Positions 14,305-28,329 are shown, counted from the stretch's first letter. The stretch: DNA of 64,000 bases from Octopus vulgaris (GCA_951406725.2 OX597816.1:135594001-135658000); one strand, 5' to 3'. Notes: generated by a model from the sequence alone, not told the origin. A program made the numbers and translations.

Positions 14305-14415
14305 TATATGTATGTATGTATGTATGTATGCATGTGTGTTGTGTGTGTATGTGTGTATGTATGTATATATATATATATGTATGTATGTAAGTGTATATGT
14401 TTGTGTGTCTGTTTA

Positions 14416-14472
<57 letters not shown>

Positions 14473-14475
14473 ACA
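14276..14475. repeat. (TATG)n/(TG)n/(TA)n microsatellite
   Basis: Direct reading. Confidence 0.95.
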
Positions 14476-14578
14476 TTAGTTTTGGGTTCTTGAAAATTGC
14501 AAAACTTTATAAGAATCTTCTCATCAGTGAAGTGCCAATTTTTAATTGATAATGAAAGATGTTAATGTTATGTTTCAG

Positions 14579-14670
14579 AAACATTGGGAACTTTGGATTT
14601 TACTTTATCTGATGGCACTGTTGTATTCCGTACCTGCAACCGAGAGAAATCCAAAGTCATTTTCCAGTTG
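14579..14670 (+). CDS. DUS2: DUS2 coding exon 3 (ETLGTLDFTLSDGTVVFRTCNREKSKVIFQL)
   Basis: tttcAG acceptor, GTATGA donor; VVFRTC...VIFQL motif. Confidence 0.94.
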
Positions 14671-16387
14671 GTATGAATATTTACATTTCATTTTCTGTGC
14701 TTTTAAGATTTGTTGCTGGATAAACTTTTAAATATATAAATAGTATAACTTTCACTTGAGATATCCTTCTGAACCACATAAACTAAAGAGAGTGTGTAGA
14801 TATTTGATGTTAGGGAAATATTGGTTTCAAATTTTGGCACAAGGCCAGCAATTTTGGGGAAAGTGGTAAGTCACTTACATCAGCTCATGTGCTCAACTGG
14901 TACTTATTTTAGCAACCCCAAGAAGATGAAAGTCAAAGTTAACCTCAGCAGAACTCAAAACCAGAACATAGAGCATTTTGACTGGTGTGCTAACAATTCT
15001 GCCAGCTTGCTGCCTTAAATTTATCGAAAATATTAGCCTTATATTGTTGTGACAACTCAAGTGTAATTCAAAAGTCTAGTAAGCATTTATATGAAGTGAC
15101 TAACAAACAAGATCAGTGAAGTTTCATAATGTACATATTGCTCCTACCCATCTTGCTATCCTTTTTTATACCACCCACCTTTTCTTTATAGTTTTCATCC
15201 ACCTTCCCACTGCATTCATTACCCACTAACTGACCTCGGTTCCCTCTGGTAACTGCTTCAATTCAGAGATTCAAGAATTGTTGGTCTACAGTTGTGCTTT
15301 TCATATACCAGCCACCTGGACCACCACAGCTAAAATAGTACAATACCATCATCATATTATACCATTTTAAGGACAGTGAACAGTGTCTCATCTTTTTATA
15401 ATGACATTTTTCTAAAAAAAAAAATAACTATTTTATCAATGAAAGATATATTCTTTTACTCTTTTACTTGTTTCACAACAAACTTGCAAAGATGGTATTA
15501 AAAATATACAAAGACAAAATTATAATAAAATGAAATAAAAAAAAAACAGGCATGGCTGTGTGGCAAGAAGCTTGCTTCTCGACCACATGGTTCCAGGTTC
15601 AGTCACACTGCAGGGTACCTTGAGTGAGTGTCTTCTACTACAGCCTCAGACCAACCAAAGCCTTGTGAGTGAATTTGGTTGATGGAAACTGAAAGAAGCC
15701 CATTATATATATATATATATATATGATGGACTCTCTTGTTGTGAACAACAAATGAGGGTTCAGTAAAATAACAGTGTTAATCATGTTCTATGGACACAAA
15801 TGTATCTCTTGAGGCTTGCTGGTGCCTTGCGAACCTTTTGGCAAATGGAATAAGTTGAGGATTCAGTTTACTTGAGTGCTTGTGAATCATTTACTATGTT
15901 TTCTTGAGTGGAAGGCTAGCCCTGCTTTGCTTCATGCTACAAAACCACAATGACAGGTAAGGTTTCCATGTCTGTGCGTGTCTGCCTTTGTGTCTGTCTG
16001 TGCCCTCACCACCACTCAACAACTGGCGTTGGTGTGTTTACATCCCCGTAATCCAGTGGTTCAATCAAAGGGATCAATAAAATAAGCATGAGGCTTAAAA
16101 AAGTAAGTCCTTGGGTTGATTTGTTTGACTAAAAAACCCTTCAAAGCATGGCCACAGTCAAATGACTGAAACAAGTAAAAGATGAAAAATTTTAAAAATA
16201 ATTTAAATGCTGAAAGGACTTCTGAATTACCCTGTATATTAATTAATATTATTTCAATGAAGAGTTTTCTAGTGGAGAAAACATTTGTACATTACTTTGA
16301 TCTCATTTCCATTAATGTCTGTTTTTTTCACCAGTAAGAGGTTTTTTGTTATCTGCTCCATTTATTTATATCTAAGAATGTGATGTA

Positions 16388-16604
16388 CAAGGAGGTGCTG
16401 AAAAGTTCCTGGTTTTAAGGGTATCGCAAAAGGTCTGGTTGGAGGCCAAACCTTCTAAGTTCTTTTACAGGGCTTAGAAAAACTGAAGGACTGCTGTAAT
16501 AAGTATGTGAATCTGAGGGGGGAATGTGTTGAATAAAATCATAATTAACTGATCCTCCTGTATTTTCCTTTACCCAAAGCCAGGAACTTTTCAGCACCCC
16601 CTCA
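16388..16604 (+). mobile_element. Mariner-derived MITE
   Basis: TA TSDs; TIRs ...GGTGCTGAAAAGTTCCTGG / CCAGGAACTTTTCAGCACC...; retains transposase C-terminus KYVNLRGECVE*. Confidence 0.8.
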
Positions 16605-16970
16605 TAATGTGCACTATCATGGCTGAACACTCACAAATATAAACTATAGTATTTTTTTATATAATGACTTAATCAGTGACTGTTAATAGGCACTAGTGTA
16701 ATTGTGGTTGAGAAGCTTACTTCCTAATCATGTGTCCTTGGGTTCGGTCCCACTATGTGACACTTTGGATGAGTATCTTTTACTATAGCCCCTGGTCAAC
16801 CAAGGTACGTTACAGTGGGACTGAACTTGAAACCATATGGATGGGAAGCAAGCTCCCTAACTACACAGCCATGCTTGTGCCAGTTTTAAAATTATTTTGG
16901 AAACTATCATTTATGAATAGCATCTATTAAATATTATGAATACATGTTTTCTTTCTTATTATTATTGCAG

Positions 16971-17014
16971 GGAACAGCAGATGCGAAACGGGCTCTTATA
17001 TCTGCCAAAAAAGT
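16971..17014 (+). CDS. DUS2: DUS2 coding exon 4 (GTADAKRALISAKKV)
   Basis: ttgcAG acceptor, GTATGT donor at 17015 (phase 2). Confidence 0.92.
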
Positions 17015-18771
17015 GTATGTTGATATGTTTGCTATATGATTATTATTTATGGAAATTTTAGAAGATATATATGAGTAAAAGCATTTATTGCTTTTTATAT
17101 TAATCTTTTATTTTATAAGCACAAACTTTGATCAAAATTCTTTTATTAAATATTCAATTTTTTTTTAATAGTTTTCTTGAAGTAAATCACATTCAGATCA
17201 TAGCTTTGATTAAGCCTACATTGTACATGTTACTGTTGTACATTTTCTTAAGAAACAATATATGATTCTGGGTTCAGTTGCACTGCATGGCACCTTGGGC
17301 AAATGTCTTCTGCTATACCCTCAGCCCGACCAAAGCCTTGTGAGTGGATTTGGTAGACAGAAACTGAAAGAAGCCTGTCATATATATGTGTGTGTGTTTG
17401 TGTGTCTGTTTTTGTCCCCCTCAAACATCGCTTGACAATTGATGCTGGTGTGTTTGCGTCCCTGTAACTTAGCTTGCCAAGAGTAAGTCCTGGGGTCGAT
17501 TTGCTCGACTAAAGGCGGTGTTCCAGCATGGCTGCAGTCAAATGACTGAAACAAATAAAAGAATTAAAAAAATATATACTTATATAATAAAATCCACATT
17601 CCTTTTCCAAAAGCATTGAAACAAATGATACATGTTCTTTATTACATGGGAAAATGAAAGTAAATCTTCATATTTCAACATAAGCACCAGTGGCATCAAC
17701 AAGTTTCCTCAGACGGCCAGGGATGGAATGAACAACCTTCTGAAGGACGTCGTCTAGGATATTGTTGAGAACCTTCTGAATCCATGTCTCCAAATCCTCC
17801 AGTGTGCAAGGCTCTGTCTTTTACGCACCACTGGCATCAGTGCTTTTTACATAGCACCAGCATTTACAAGCCTGCAAGATTAGGAATGCTCAGCTGGAGA
17901 GGGCTGCAACGGATGAGCTTGTATGCAAGAGCAACCATACTTTGCTTGATGTATCTTTTCAAGCACAGCAAACCACCAGGGGTCTCAGTCCCCTGTCATC
18001 CCTTCTGTGAGTTCCAGTGTTTATAGATCTGTTCTCACCACTTCATCCCATGTCTTCATGGGTCTACCCCTTCTATATGTTTCCTCTAGAATTAGAGATC
18101 AGCACCTATTGATGCAACTGTCCTCATTCATATGCATTACATGACCATACCAGCGCAGTCTTCTCTCTTGCACACTATATTTGATGCTACATATAACCTG
18201 ATAAAATTACCTATAACTACCTATATGTTACTTTAACATCGTAAATCATGCAATGAATTATCAATATGATGACTTAATTATTGAGTTCAAATTCCAAGGT
18301 CCACTTTGCCTTTCATCCATTCAGGGTCGATAAAATAAGTACCAGTTGAACATTAGGGTCGATATAATCGACCTACTCCCTCCTGTTAAACTGTTGGCCT
18401 TGTGCCAAAATTTGAAACAAATATGATGACTTAATTAGCATAATTAATGCATAATTTTATTTTGCTGGGCAAATGATGAATATGATGTTTGAATTCTGAC
18501 AGTGAGCTTGTTTTTCTTTTCTGACTTAAGCTGATACTAATAGAGTCTAGTAACAAACTTTGTTTTGCTTATAGTAGCATTCTAAATGGATGTGAACATA
18601 TTTGACTTCAAGTTGTACCTAGTTTACCTTGTATAATATATTAAATTGTAGTTTGCATTACCCAAAATGTATTTTAACTAGTTCTAATAGTTAGAAGTTT
18701 CTTTTAAAATGTTTATTGATTTAAAGTTATTGATAAATATAAGGTTACTAAAATTCACCTTCTATTTGTAG

Positions 18772-18832
18772 AGAAGATTGTATCGCTGCTGTTGATGTCA
18801 ACATGGGCTGTCCAAAAGAGTTTTCTATAAAA
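18772..18832 (+). CDS. DUS2: DUS2 coding exon 5 (EDCIAAVDVNMGCPKEFSIK), catalytic Cys
   Basis: ttgtAG acceptor, GTATGT donor; Dus catalytic NMGCP motif. Confidence 0.95.
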
Positions 18833-19380
18833 GTATGTACTTAGACATCATTTTAATAGTATTTTTGGTATTTTGAATGTCTGTTTAATTAATGAATGAC
18901 TCTGCTTGTATGGCAATGACTCTCAATTACAACTACCATGTGATGTCAAGACAAGCAAACACAAACACACACTCATGTATTTACATTCATTCATGTATAT
19001 GCCTATAAATATACTGATGGGGTTCTTTTAGTTTCCATCTACCAAATCCACTCACAAGGTTTTTTCAGTGTTCTCAGTCTGTTAATGGCCAAGCGTTCAG
19101 ATGAGTATACTGGCACTGATGTAGCAACATTCGAAATCTTGTCTAAGTGAATCTAGCCAAGGAGAACTGACCAAATTTATGTTAACAAACATAATTTGGA
19201 AAGTTCAAAACCTAAGTCCTAGATTATCCACATTTATTTACAGGTAAGATGAAATTTTTTATGTTCGCTGCCCACAAACATCTTTGCCAGTATATATATA
19301 TATATATAGAGTGAAGCATTACTATAGCATTGTATATTATCAACTGCTATTTCCAGTAAATATTGGTGTATTGTTGTACC

Positions 19381-20413
19381 ACTCATCATCATCATCATCG
19401 TCATCATTTAATGCCTGCTTTCCATGCTTGAATGGTGCTTTTTACATGCCACCAGCACAGGAGCCAGTGTGGTGGCACTGGCAACACCCATGCTCGAATG
19501 GTGCTTTTTATGTGCCACTAGCACTGGACCAGTCAGCCAGCACTGGCATCAGCCACGCTTGAATGGTGCTTTTTATGAGCCACAAGCATGGAAGCCAATG
19601 AAGCGGTACTGTCATCGGCCATAACAAGGACTTCACTTGATGCAACAGGTCTTCGCAAGTGCAGTTTATTGCCCATTGACTGAAGGGTACTCTTAAATGG
19701 GCCAGTTATGCTGCACTGGCATAGGCCATGGTTACGGTCTCACTTGGCTCACTTGCCGGGTCTTCTCAAGCCCAGCATATCTCCAAAGGTCTCAGTCACT
19801 TGTCATCATCTCCATGAAGCCCAACGTTTGAAGGTCATGCTTCACCACCTCATCCCAGGTCTTCATGGGTGTAACTCTTCCACAAGTTCCCTCTACTGCT
19901 AGGGCGTGATACTTTTTCACACAGCTGACCTCATTCATACACAACACATGACCATACCACGCAGTCATCTCTCTTGCACACCACATCTGATGCTTCTTAT
20001 GTTCAACTTTTTTTCTCAGGGTGCTTACACTCTGTCATGTATGCACACTGACATTACACATCTAATGGAGCATACTAGCTTCATTCCTTGCAAACTTACG
20101 CATGTCCTCAGCAATCATGGCCTACGTTTCACTGCCACATAGCATGGTTGTTTGCACACATGCATCATACAGTCTACCTTTTTTACTCTGAGTGAGAGGC
20201 CGTTTGTCATCAGCAGAGGTAGGAACTCTCTGAACTTTGCTCGGGCTATTCTTATTCTAACAGCTACACTCTCAGAGCATCCACCCCTGCTACTGACTTG
20301 GTCACCTAGGTAATGGAAGCTATCAATTATTTCTAGTTTTTCCCCCTGTCATATGATGGAAACTGTTTTCTGCACTTTTTCAGTGTTTATGCCCCTGAGC
20401 ATTTGCCACACAC
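19381..20413 (-). mobile_element. RTE-clade LINE, same family, more diverged
   Basis: WYGHVLCM...KTWDEVVKHDL in the ORF track; same 3'UTR repeats and (GAT)n tail. Confidence 0.88.
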
Positions 20414-20654
20414 AGTGTTTTGCAAAATAATCAAAATTAAAATTTTATCCCAAAGAGAGGAAATTGGAACATTATCCAATGAAAGTCCCTTTTAACACCG
20501 ATGAAGGGAATTTTAGGTCCTGAAATATTGGACAGATTAAAGAACAACAGCAACAGCAATAATAAAAAAAGCAAAGATTACCAGGTAACTTACTTTTAAT
20601 TTTTGTTGCTTCATCTTACAGTCCATTTTGCATTGTTTAGCCTTCTATCTCTTT

Positions 20655-20690
<36 letters not shown>

Positions 20691-20699
20691 GCACTTCAT

Positions 20700-20902
20700 T
20701 ATTTTTGGATTAACACTTCTACCATTGGCTTCATGTGGAAAGAATTTTTGCAAATTTCAAGCAATCCACTTAAAAATGCTGGTAATTGCCTCCATTTCTC
20801 ATCAAAATGGAGGTGATTACCACTCTTTTTAAGTGGACTGCTTGGAAATTTTGAAAATTTTTTCCATATGAAACCATTAGTTGCATTATTAATCCACAAA
20901 TA
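20700..20902. repeat. Imperfect hairpin, about 100-bp arms
   Basis: Mirror ORFs WINTSTIGFMWKEF / WINNATNGFIWKKF; centre near 20800. Confidence 0.85.
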
Positions 20903-20989
20903 AAGAATATTTATCCATCAAATGTGATGCTGAACATGCATTTCATTCTCTCTCTTCACTACTGTTGTGTGTATGTATGTATGTGTGTT

Positions 20990-21018
<29 letters not shown>

Positions 21019-21022
<4 letters not shown>

Positions 21023-22557
21023 AACCTAGCTAAAACCAAAGTCCTAATAAGTAGGAAGGTAGACAAACCACAAATGCCTTCAGGTAGATGGCCCTGCTCG
21101 ATCTGTAGAAAAGGCGTAGGTAGAAACTCTATAAAATGTACCCAGTGTAAGCTATGGACACATAAGAGGTGCAGCAATGTCAAAGGAAGGCTAACTGGGA
21201 AGATAGTTTTTGTATGTGGCAGATGCTCAGGAGCAATAAACACTGAAAATCTGCAGAAAACAACTCCCGTCACTTTCCAGGGGGAAAAACTAGAAGTAGT
21301 TGATAGCTTCCGTTATCTAGGTGACCAAGTCAGTAGTGGGGTTACTGAAAGTGTAACTGCTAGAGTAAGAATAGCCTGGGCAAAGTTCAACGAGCTCTTA
21401 CCTCTGCTGGTGACTAAAGGACTCTCGCTCAGAGTAAAAGGCAGACTGTATGATGCATGTTTACGAACAGCCATGCTACATGGCAGTGAAACATGGGCCG
21501 TGAGGACATGCGTAAGCTCGCGAGGAATGAAGCCAGTATGCACCGATGGATGTGTAATGTCAGTGTGCATACTCGACAGATTGTTAGTACCTTGAGAGAA
21601 ATGTTGGACCTAAGAAGCATCAGCTGTGGTGTGCAAGAGAGACGATTGTGCTGGTATGGTCATGTGGCGAGAATGGATGAAGATAGGTGTGTGAAAAAGT
21701 GCCAATCCCTAGCAGTTGAGGGAACCCGTGGAAGAGGTAGACCCAGGAAAACCTGGGACGAGGTGGTGAAGCCCGAACTTCGAACTTTAGGCCTCACTGA
21801 GGCAATGACTAGTGACCGAGACCTTTGGAATTATGCTGTGCGTGAGAAGACCCGGCAGGACAAGTGAGTCCAGCCCACTTATGCATGTCTTTCCTCCCTT
21901 GGACATACAAAGACCTGTTGAGGCAAGCGAAGTCGAAATCGAACCTCATCCGACGACAGGCACCCATGCCAACCTCCCTTCATTGGACACTAAACTCTGC
22001 TTGCGAAGACCTGCTGGGGCAAGTGAAATTGGAATCGAAATTGAACCAATCCTATGACTGGCACCCAGCAGTTGCCAGGACCACTGGACTGACTCCTTTG
22101 CAGGTGGCAAGTGAAGAAACACCATATTGACCCTGTGCTTGAGGAGATCCATTGAGTCAAGTACACCAACATCAAAATCAATGGAAACTGCAGTTGTGAT
22201 CCCTGTGCTGGTGGCACATAAAAAGCACCATCTGAACGTGGCTGATGCCAGCGCCGCCTAGACTGGCTTCCATCCTGGTGGCATGTAAAAAGCACCATGC
22301 GAATCGTGGCCGATGCCAGCGCCGCCTTGACTGGCTTCTATGCCGGTGGCACGTAAAATGCACCAATCCGATTGTGCAGATGGCACGTAAAAAGCACCCA
22401 CTACACTCACGGAGTGGTTGGCATTAGGAAGGGCATCCAACTGTAGAAACACTGCCAGATCAGACAGGAGCCTGGTGCAGCCTTCTGGCTTCCCAGATCC
22501 CTGGTCGAACCGTCCAACCCATGCTAGCATGGAGAACGGACGTTAAACGATGATGAT
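21019..22557 (+). mobile_element. RTE-clade LINE, 5'-truncated, with long repetitive 3'UTR and (GAT)n tail
   Basis: VNLAKTKVL, FRYLG, MLHGSETW, RLCWYGHVARM, RGRGRPRKTW; a 7-nt deletion near 21502 shifts the frame; starts in (TA)n. Confidence 0.92.
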
Positions 22558-22769
22558 ACATATATTGTATAAATATATTTTCTCATATTTTAGGTTACTA
22601 TTCTCACAAGCCATTCATCTAAATCCAGTCTGAATACTGTCGTATTTTTGATATATAATTTTAAAATTGTCACATTAAAATCTAAGAAAAAAAATAAAAG
22701 TTTCTATTTTTCATGTTTGCCAAATCCTATTTTATTTTTCTTGTTTGCAGTGAGCTGAAATTTAATAAT

Positions 22770-24240
22770 TATCATTATTTTTTCCCCTGCTTGTGTAAGT
22801 TGGTCAGGTCTTCTCTAGTACAATATTTCACCATTTATTGCAATCCTTTGTCACTTCCTTTGTGAGATTTAGCATCATATGTCTACTCCAGCACAGTTTT
22901 CTCTTTTACACATCATTGTTGGTACCTCCTGCATTCAGTTTTGCTGTCAGCCCATTTTGTGTTCATTTATGTATACTAATATTATACATCCAGCACAGAA
23001 TGGACACCTTATTTGTTTCCAGCTTTTACATATCTTATGCATCCAGTACTCCTGTCTTACTTTTGTGCAGTATCACACTTCATATACCAGCATCATATAG
23101 ACTTTCAAATCTCAACTTTTTCTGCCCATTTCTAATTTTGGCCACTATGCGTTTGGAATACCCACCACTGCTGCCACATAAGCAACAGGAGCTGTCAACT
23201 TCTTCTAGGGATCTTCTGTGCATTTGGAAGGGTTTATTTCATTAGTATCCCTGTGCATCTGCAACGTATGAACTCCTTCTCTCTCGGCCTGCTTGTAATC
23301 CCACTGCGTCTCTCATATACTCTTATATTGGCTACACTGTGCAGAATTTTTATTTATATCTTTTCTGCATATTATGCTTGCTCACTTCCTAAATGACAGT
23401 AGTTCTACATCCTTTCTTGCTACCTAAGACTTTTATCTTAGTTAAATTTACTTTAAACCTGTTCATTCTAGGCCCTGCTTCTATGTTTGACAATTGTAAC
23501 TTTTTGATTGATTCAACTTTGAGAACTAGGTTGTTGACATACAGGATTTTCCACAGCTAATCTTGGATTTTTCTGTTATGACTTGGATATCTATAATAAA
23601 TAAATGGGAGCTGAGAGTACCTATCTGCATGCTAAATTCCTTACTGAATTTATTGATAACTCACACCTTGATGACAGCATCCCCTCATGGCTCTCACAAG
23701 CCATTCATCTATACCCAGTTCTTTTAATAACTACAAGACCACAAAACATGAAGCACTACCAAAGCCCTTCTCCAGGTCAATTTACTTTCTTGCTTTTTCC
23801 CCATCCTGGCACCAAGCTGAACTGCATTTCATGTAAGCTAATTCTCTTCCTACTTAAGTTCCTTCCTACTGCAACTCTTTTTGTCTATAAGTGTGATACT
23901 TCTGTAGTTGCTCCTTTCTTGAGTGTTGTTTTTTTCTCTTGTAGCAGTTGACAATGATACATCTACAGTAGTTATATGGGATGACACCTCTGAACAACTT
24001 AATTAACTGTGCAAGTGATTAGTGCATGTCCTCCTTTACCTAATATTTTTAGTATCTCAACAATTCTCCCTGATGGTTCAGTTCTTTCCTTGCTTTCACA
24101 TCCTTAATGGTTATTTAGAACCTATAGTTGTTTCCTCTTTGGTAATCTCTCACCTACACAATTCTCTGTGTTCAATGTAGCTGCCTCTTCCCATTTCTCT
24201 CTTTTCTTAGCAAGTATACCTCTTACATTATGTACATGCT
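22770..24240 (-). mobile_element. Old degenerate RTE-like LINE
   Basis: Minus-strand remnants LWKILYVNNLVL (YADD-like, about 23525-23560) and LLMYGSESW-like (about 23165-23192); boundaries approximate. Confidence 0.55.
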
Positions 24241-24657
24241 TTCAGTCCCATGTTTAGATTCAGATGCGCTGCTTTGCATTCTGAAACACCTCACACCTTC
24301 CAGCTTTATATCACAAACCTCTTACATTCTACTTCTATTTATCTGCTATTGTTCCTTGCTTCTCTCTTTATTCTTTTCTTTTCAGACCTGTCTCTTAATA
24401 TTTTTCTACTTTCCTATGCATTTATGTATAGATCTACAAAATCTGTGCGTTTATACAACAATATTAATCTCATGTCTTCTCAAATTTTTGAAAATAAGAT
24501 TAAATAATATAGTGCTACAATGTAACTAATTTGATTTTAAAGTATTTCTCCGTTTAAAGTAAATCTGTACATAGGAGAAATAATCTGTAAGTCTCATACA
24601 TCCATAAAGTTTCATTACAGAAATTTTCTGTCTTTCTGTTTAATCAATTACCATTAG

Positions 24658-24705
24658 GGTGGAATGGGAGCTGCACTTCTGAAGAAGCCAGAAAAAGTTA
24701 AAGAG
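24658..24705 (+). CDS. DUS2: DUS2 coding exon 6 (GGMGAALLKKPEKVKE)
   Basis: cattAG acceptor, GTATGT donor; GxGAAL motif. Confidence 0.94.
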
Positions 24706-26852
24706 GTATGTTTAAAATTAATTCTATATTATAGTTTTTCAAATAAACTTGCTTCTTATTTCAATAAAATCTCAGTTGGCAAACTGATTTCCTTGTTCCA
24801 TTAGTTCTTTGATGCTTCACTAACTAGATAATTCATTATATTTTTTCTGATTAATATCTCTAAACTACTTTTAATTACATAATATTCAGACAGTTCTGAA
24901 GGTTCTGAGAAAAATGTGTGTTAAATCAGTGGAAAAGTTCTGTTTGTACAAGCTTTAAATTCATCAAATGTGGCATAACCTCGTTTTTTGTCCTTCCTTC
25001 TAGATTATATTTAAACTTTAATTCTTTAATCGTCTTCAACTACCTTGAGCTATGATTAACCTTTTTGATACAAACACTTGAGACTGCACCTAGTTCTGTA
25101 TTAAAAACTTGCTTTTTTAAAGTGATCTAAATTAAAATCTCCCATAAAAATATCATGTTGATTTATGTTCCAAACACCAGCTTAATAATGACAAAGTTAT
25201 TTTACTAAATATTCCATTGTTTTCCAAATTCATTGAAACATACAGTGTATTTCAACAGAAATATTGTAATGAAAGGGTTAACATATCTTTACTGTAATAT
25301 ACAGTTTCAAACAATTACCTCTTGCTCTATGGTCATGTGCTATATTTATTGCTTTTTTCATTATTTATTTACAATGCAAATCTTATCATATAGTGTTATA
25401 TTATGCCATTCATGAAACCTTTGCATCTCTTTTGGTCTGATCTTATGACTGTTGAAGATCTTAGAGTGTCATCCCATTTTAAATTCTCCAAGTCCTTATA
25501 TAAAGTTATGAGTTGTTGTAAGTCTAACTCTTATTTCATTCATCTTTTGGTTAGGTACTGACCTGATGGAGTATCAATATAGTGTTTGGTACTCTATTAA
25601 CATGGTTTTGATATTTCAGTGTACACAAATCAAACATTGTTATACTTTCTCAGACAGAATTTTGCAGTTGAAAAAGCCATGGTGCATTTAGATTTTGCCT
25701 GTATTACTTACATGAGAAGGGATGCAAGATAAAAATGTTGAAACTTCTATGTTACACTAAGTATTAGTTTACTTATAACTTAAGAATATAAGAATGTATG
25801 AAAATGATAATATTTGAAGGTAATAGAAGAATGTACTAATCCAGAATTTAATAGTCTGATCATTGTCAGTGCCAGTTTTGTTACATCCACTTTTTTGACA
25901 CTGGTATTAGCTGAATAAAACTTCTTGAAAATACTATTCTTTGGTTGGATGCCCTTCCTAATACCATCCTTTCCTTTTCAAGTAAAATACTGTTTTATGT
26001 TGGAATACCCATATCAAACTGCTGAGCAGCTGGACATAAACAAACACCACCTCTGTCCAGCAGTGTTGGTTTTAAGATTTGCTGAGACACACAAGCATGC
26101 ACATACATGTGCATACATGTACTGCACCATCATCACCATGTGTGTGTGTGTGTGACAAGCTTCTCTACAGTTTCCATCTACCAAAGTGTGCTCACAAAGT
26201 TTCAATTAACTCAAAGCTATAGTTAAAGACACTTGCTCAAAGTGCCACACAGCAGCATTGAACATGAAGCAAACTTTGTAACACATAGCATGCCTGTGCC
26301 TGTAACATACATGTCTCCTCTCAGTTATACTGATATGTAATGATATTATTTCTTATGTTTTTATGTGAGTCAAATTAAAAGAGATGAAGTATTATTTGGC
26401 TTTCAACAAAACAGATTTATGGGATAAGTACCATAAAGCAGCTTTCCAAAAGGGAAGAGCTATATATCACCGACAACTAAGCTTGAACTCAGAATCCTGG
26501 TATAGAACAGTGGTTCTTAAATTAACAAATACCAGAACGTCCCAAAATATTTGTGAAATTTTTAGATCTTCTCCTTCCCCACCACCCTCAGTCTTTATTT
26601 ACAAGATAAAATAGCGTTTGAATTCATATAATATTTTTTTTATCATGGAGTGGATGAGCTGAAAAGTTTAAACCACCTTAATTTTATTAAATATGGCAAT
26701 TTGTCTTACCTTTTTTAATCCCTGCAGCACCACCACTACCACAAGAAACACTGATATGGATGGTTAATTCATAAAAAATTGTTTGATGCTTTTTCTTTTG
26801 ATCTTCTAAGAAATATTTGGCAGAAATAAGTTTTAGTAAAATTTTCTTTCAG

Positions 26853-26918
26853 ATTTTAACCACACTTGTTAACAACTTATCTATACCGGTGACTTGCAAA
26901 ATTCGAGTCCTTCCTTCT
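26853..26918 (+). CDS. DUS2: DUS2 coding exon 7 (ILTTLVNNLSIPVTCKIRVLPS)
   Basis: tttcAG acceptor, GTAAGT donor; PVTCKIR motif. Confidence 0.95.
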
Positions 26919-26953
26919 GTAAGTTTATGGCTTTTATTTCAGTTATTTACAAC

Positions 26954-26985
<32 letters not shown>

Positions 26986-27538
26986 GTTATTGTTATTATT
27001 ATTATTATTATTATTGTTGTTGTTGTTGTTGTTATTACTACTAAGGCAGCAAGCTGGCAGAATTGTTAGCATGCTGAACAAAATGCTTAGTGGTATTTTG
27101 CTTGTCGCTACATTTTGAATTCATATTTCACTGAGGTCAGCTTTGCCTTTCGTCCTTTCAGGATCAATAGATTAAGTACCAGTGAAACTCTGGGGTCCAT
27201 GTAATCGACTCATCCTCTCCCCCAAAATTGCTGTCCTTGTGGCAAAATTTGAAACCATCATTATTATTATTATCATCATTATTATTATTATCATTATTAT
27301 TATTAAGGTAGTGAGCTAGCAGAATCATTAGCACATTGGACGAAATACTTAGCAGTATTTCGTAGGCTGCTATGTTCTGAGTTCAAGTTCCACCGAGGTT
27401 AGCTTTGCCATTCATCTTCTCAGGGTCAATAAATTAAGTACCAGTTAAATATTGAGGTTGATGTTATCAACTATTACCCTCCCCAAAATTTCAGGTCTTG
27501 TGCCTATACTAGAAAAGATTATTATTATTATTATTATT

Positions 27539-27580
<42 letters not shown>

Positions 27581-28329
27581 TATAAATGAAATTAATATGG
27601 TGGAGAATGAAATTTTAGACCTGAATCCATTGTCAGTCAAATTCATAAAAAAAAAAAATTACTCATTAGTTTTACATATATTCATAAAAACGCCTTTTTA
27701 TGTAGTTTAAAAGATGTTTTTCAATTACTGTTTTCTGTATTTTTTTTTTTGTGACTTAAAAAAGGCAATTTACATCTAATTTCACTAAAGCATTTATTAG
27801 AGTAATAACATTTTGAGACTTGAAACATAATAATTGAGAATTGATTTCACAATAAATTGCTTCTATTAGTGTCAATGGAAAGATTTAGGTCACTGCCTAA
27901 ATTAGTTTCTGTTGTTTATATGTGAAAATGAACTTGCTGTTGGAAGTATAAGTCATCAAATTTCTTTGTCATTTTATAGCAAAAAAGCTTTCACATTACG
28001 TCCTTATTTTTAGCTTAATCTACTCTGTTACCTGCTGAAGCAGGCAAGAGATATCAAGTGCCCTGTCTTGTCTACAGTGTATTATCGCTGACAGGATTTA
28101 AATTAACACAGACCAGATCTCAACATCTTACTCCCTTGGATAGTCAAACTATGCTCACTATTTAAATAGTCATCATCAGTCAAAAGAAATTGTATTTATC
28201 CAAATCATCATCAATGTTGTGACTTAGAAAACTGTTACTGGTTTAAATAAATCAAGGCAGAGAGAAAATACTGAGAAGCGGTGGAAGAAAAACAACAATG
28301 AAATGAAACCTATATATATATGGATAAGT

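Noticed and set aside
19085-19155. CAGATGA/CTGATGT...CGAAATCTTGTC as a hammerhead
   Set aside because: Core mismatched and stems I and II are not convincingly paired.
26894-27118. Poly-Leu/poly-Tyr ORFs
   Set aside because: (TTA)n/(TTG)n microsatellite followed by a SINE.
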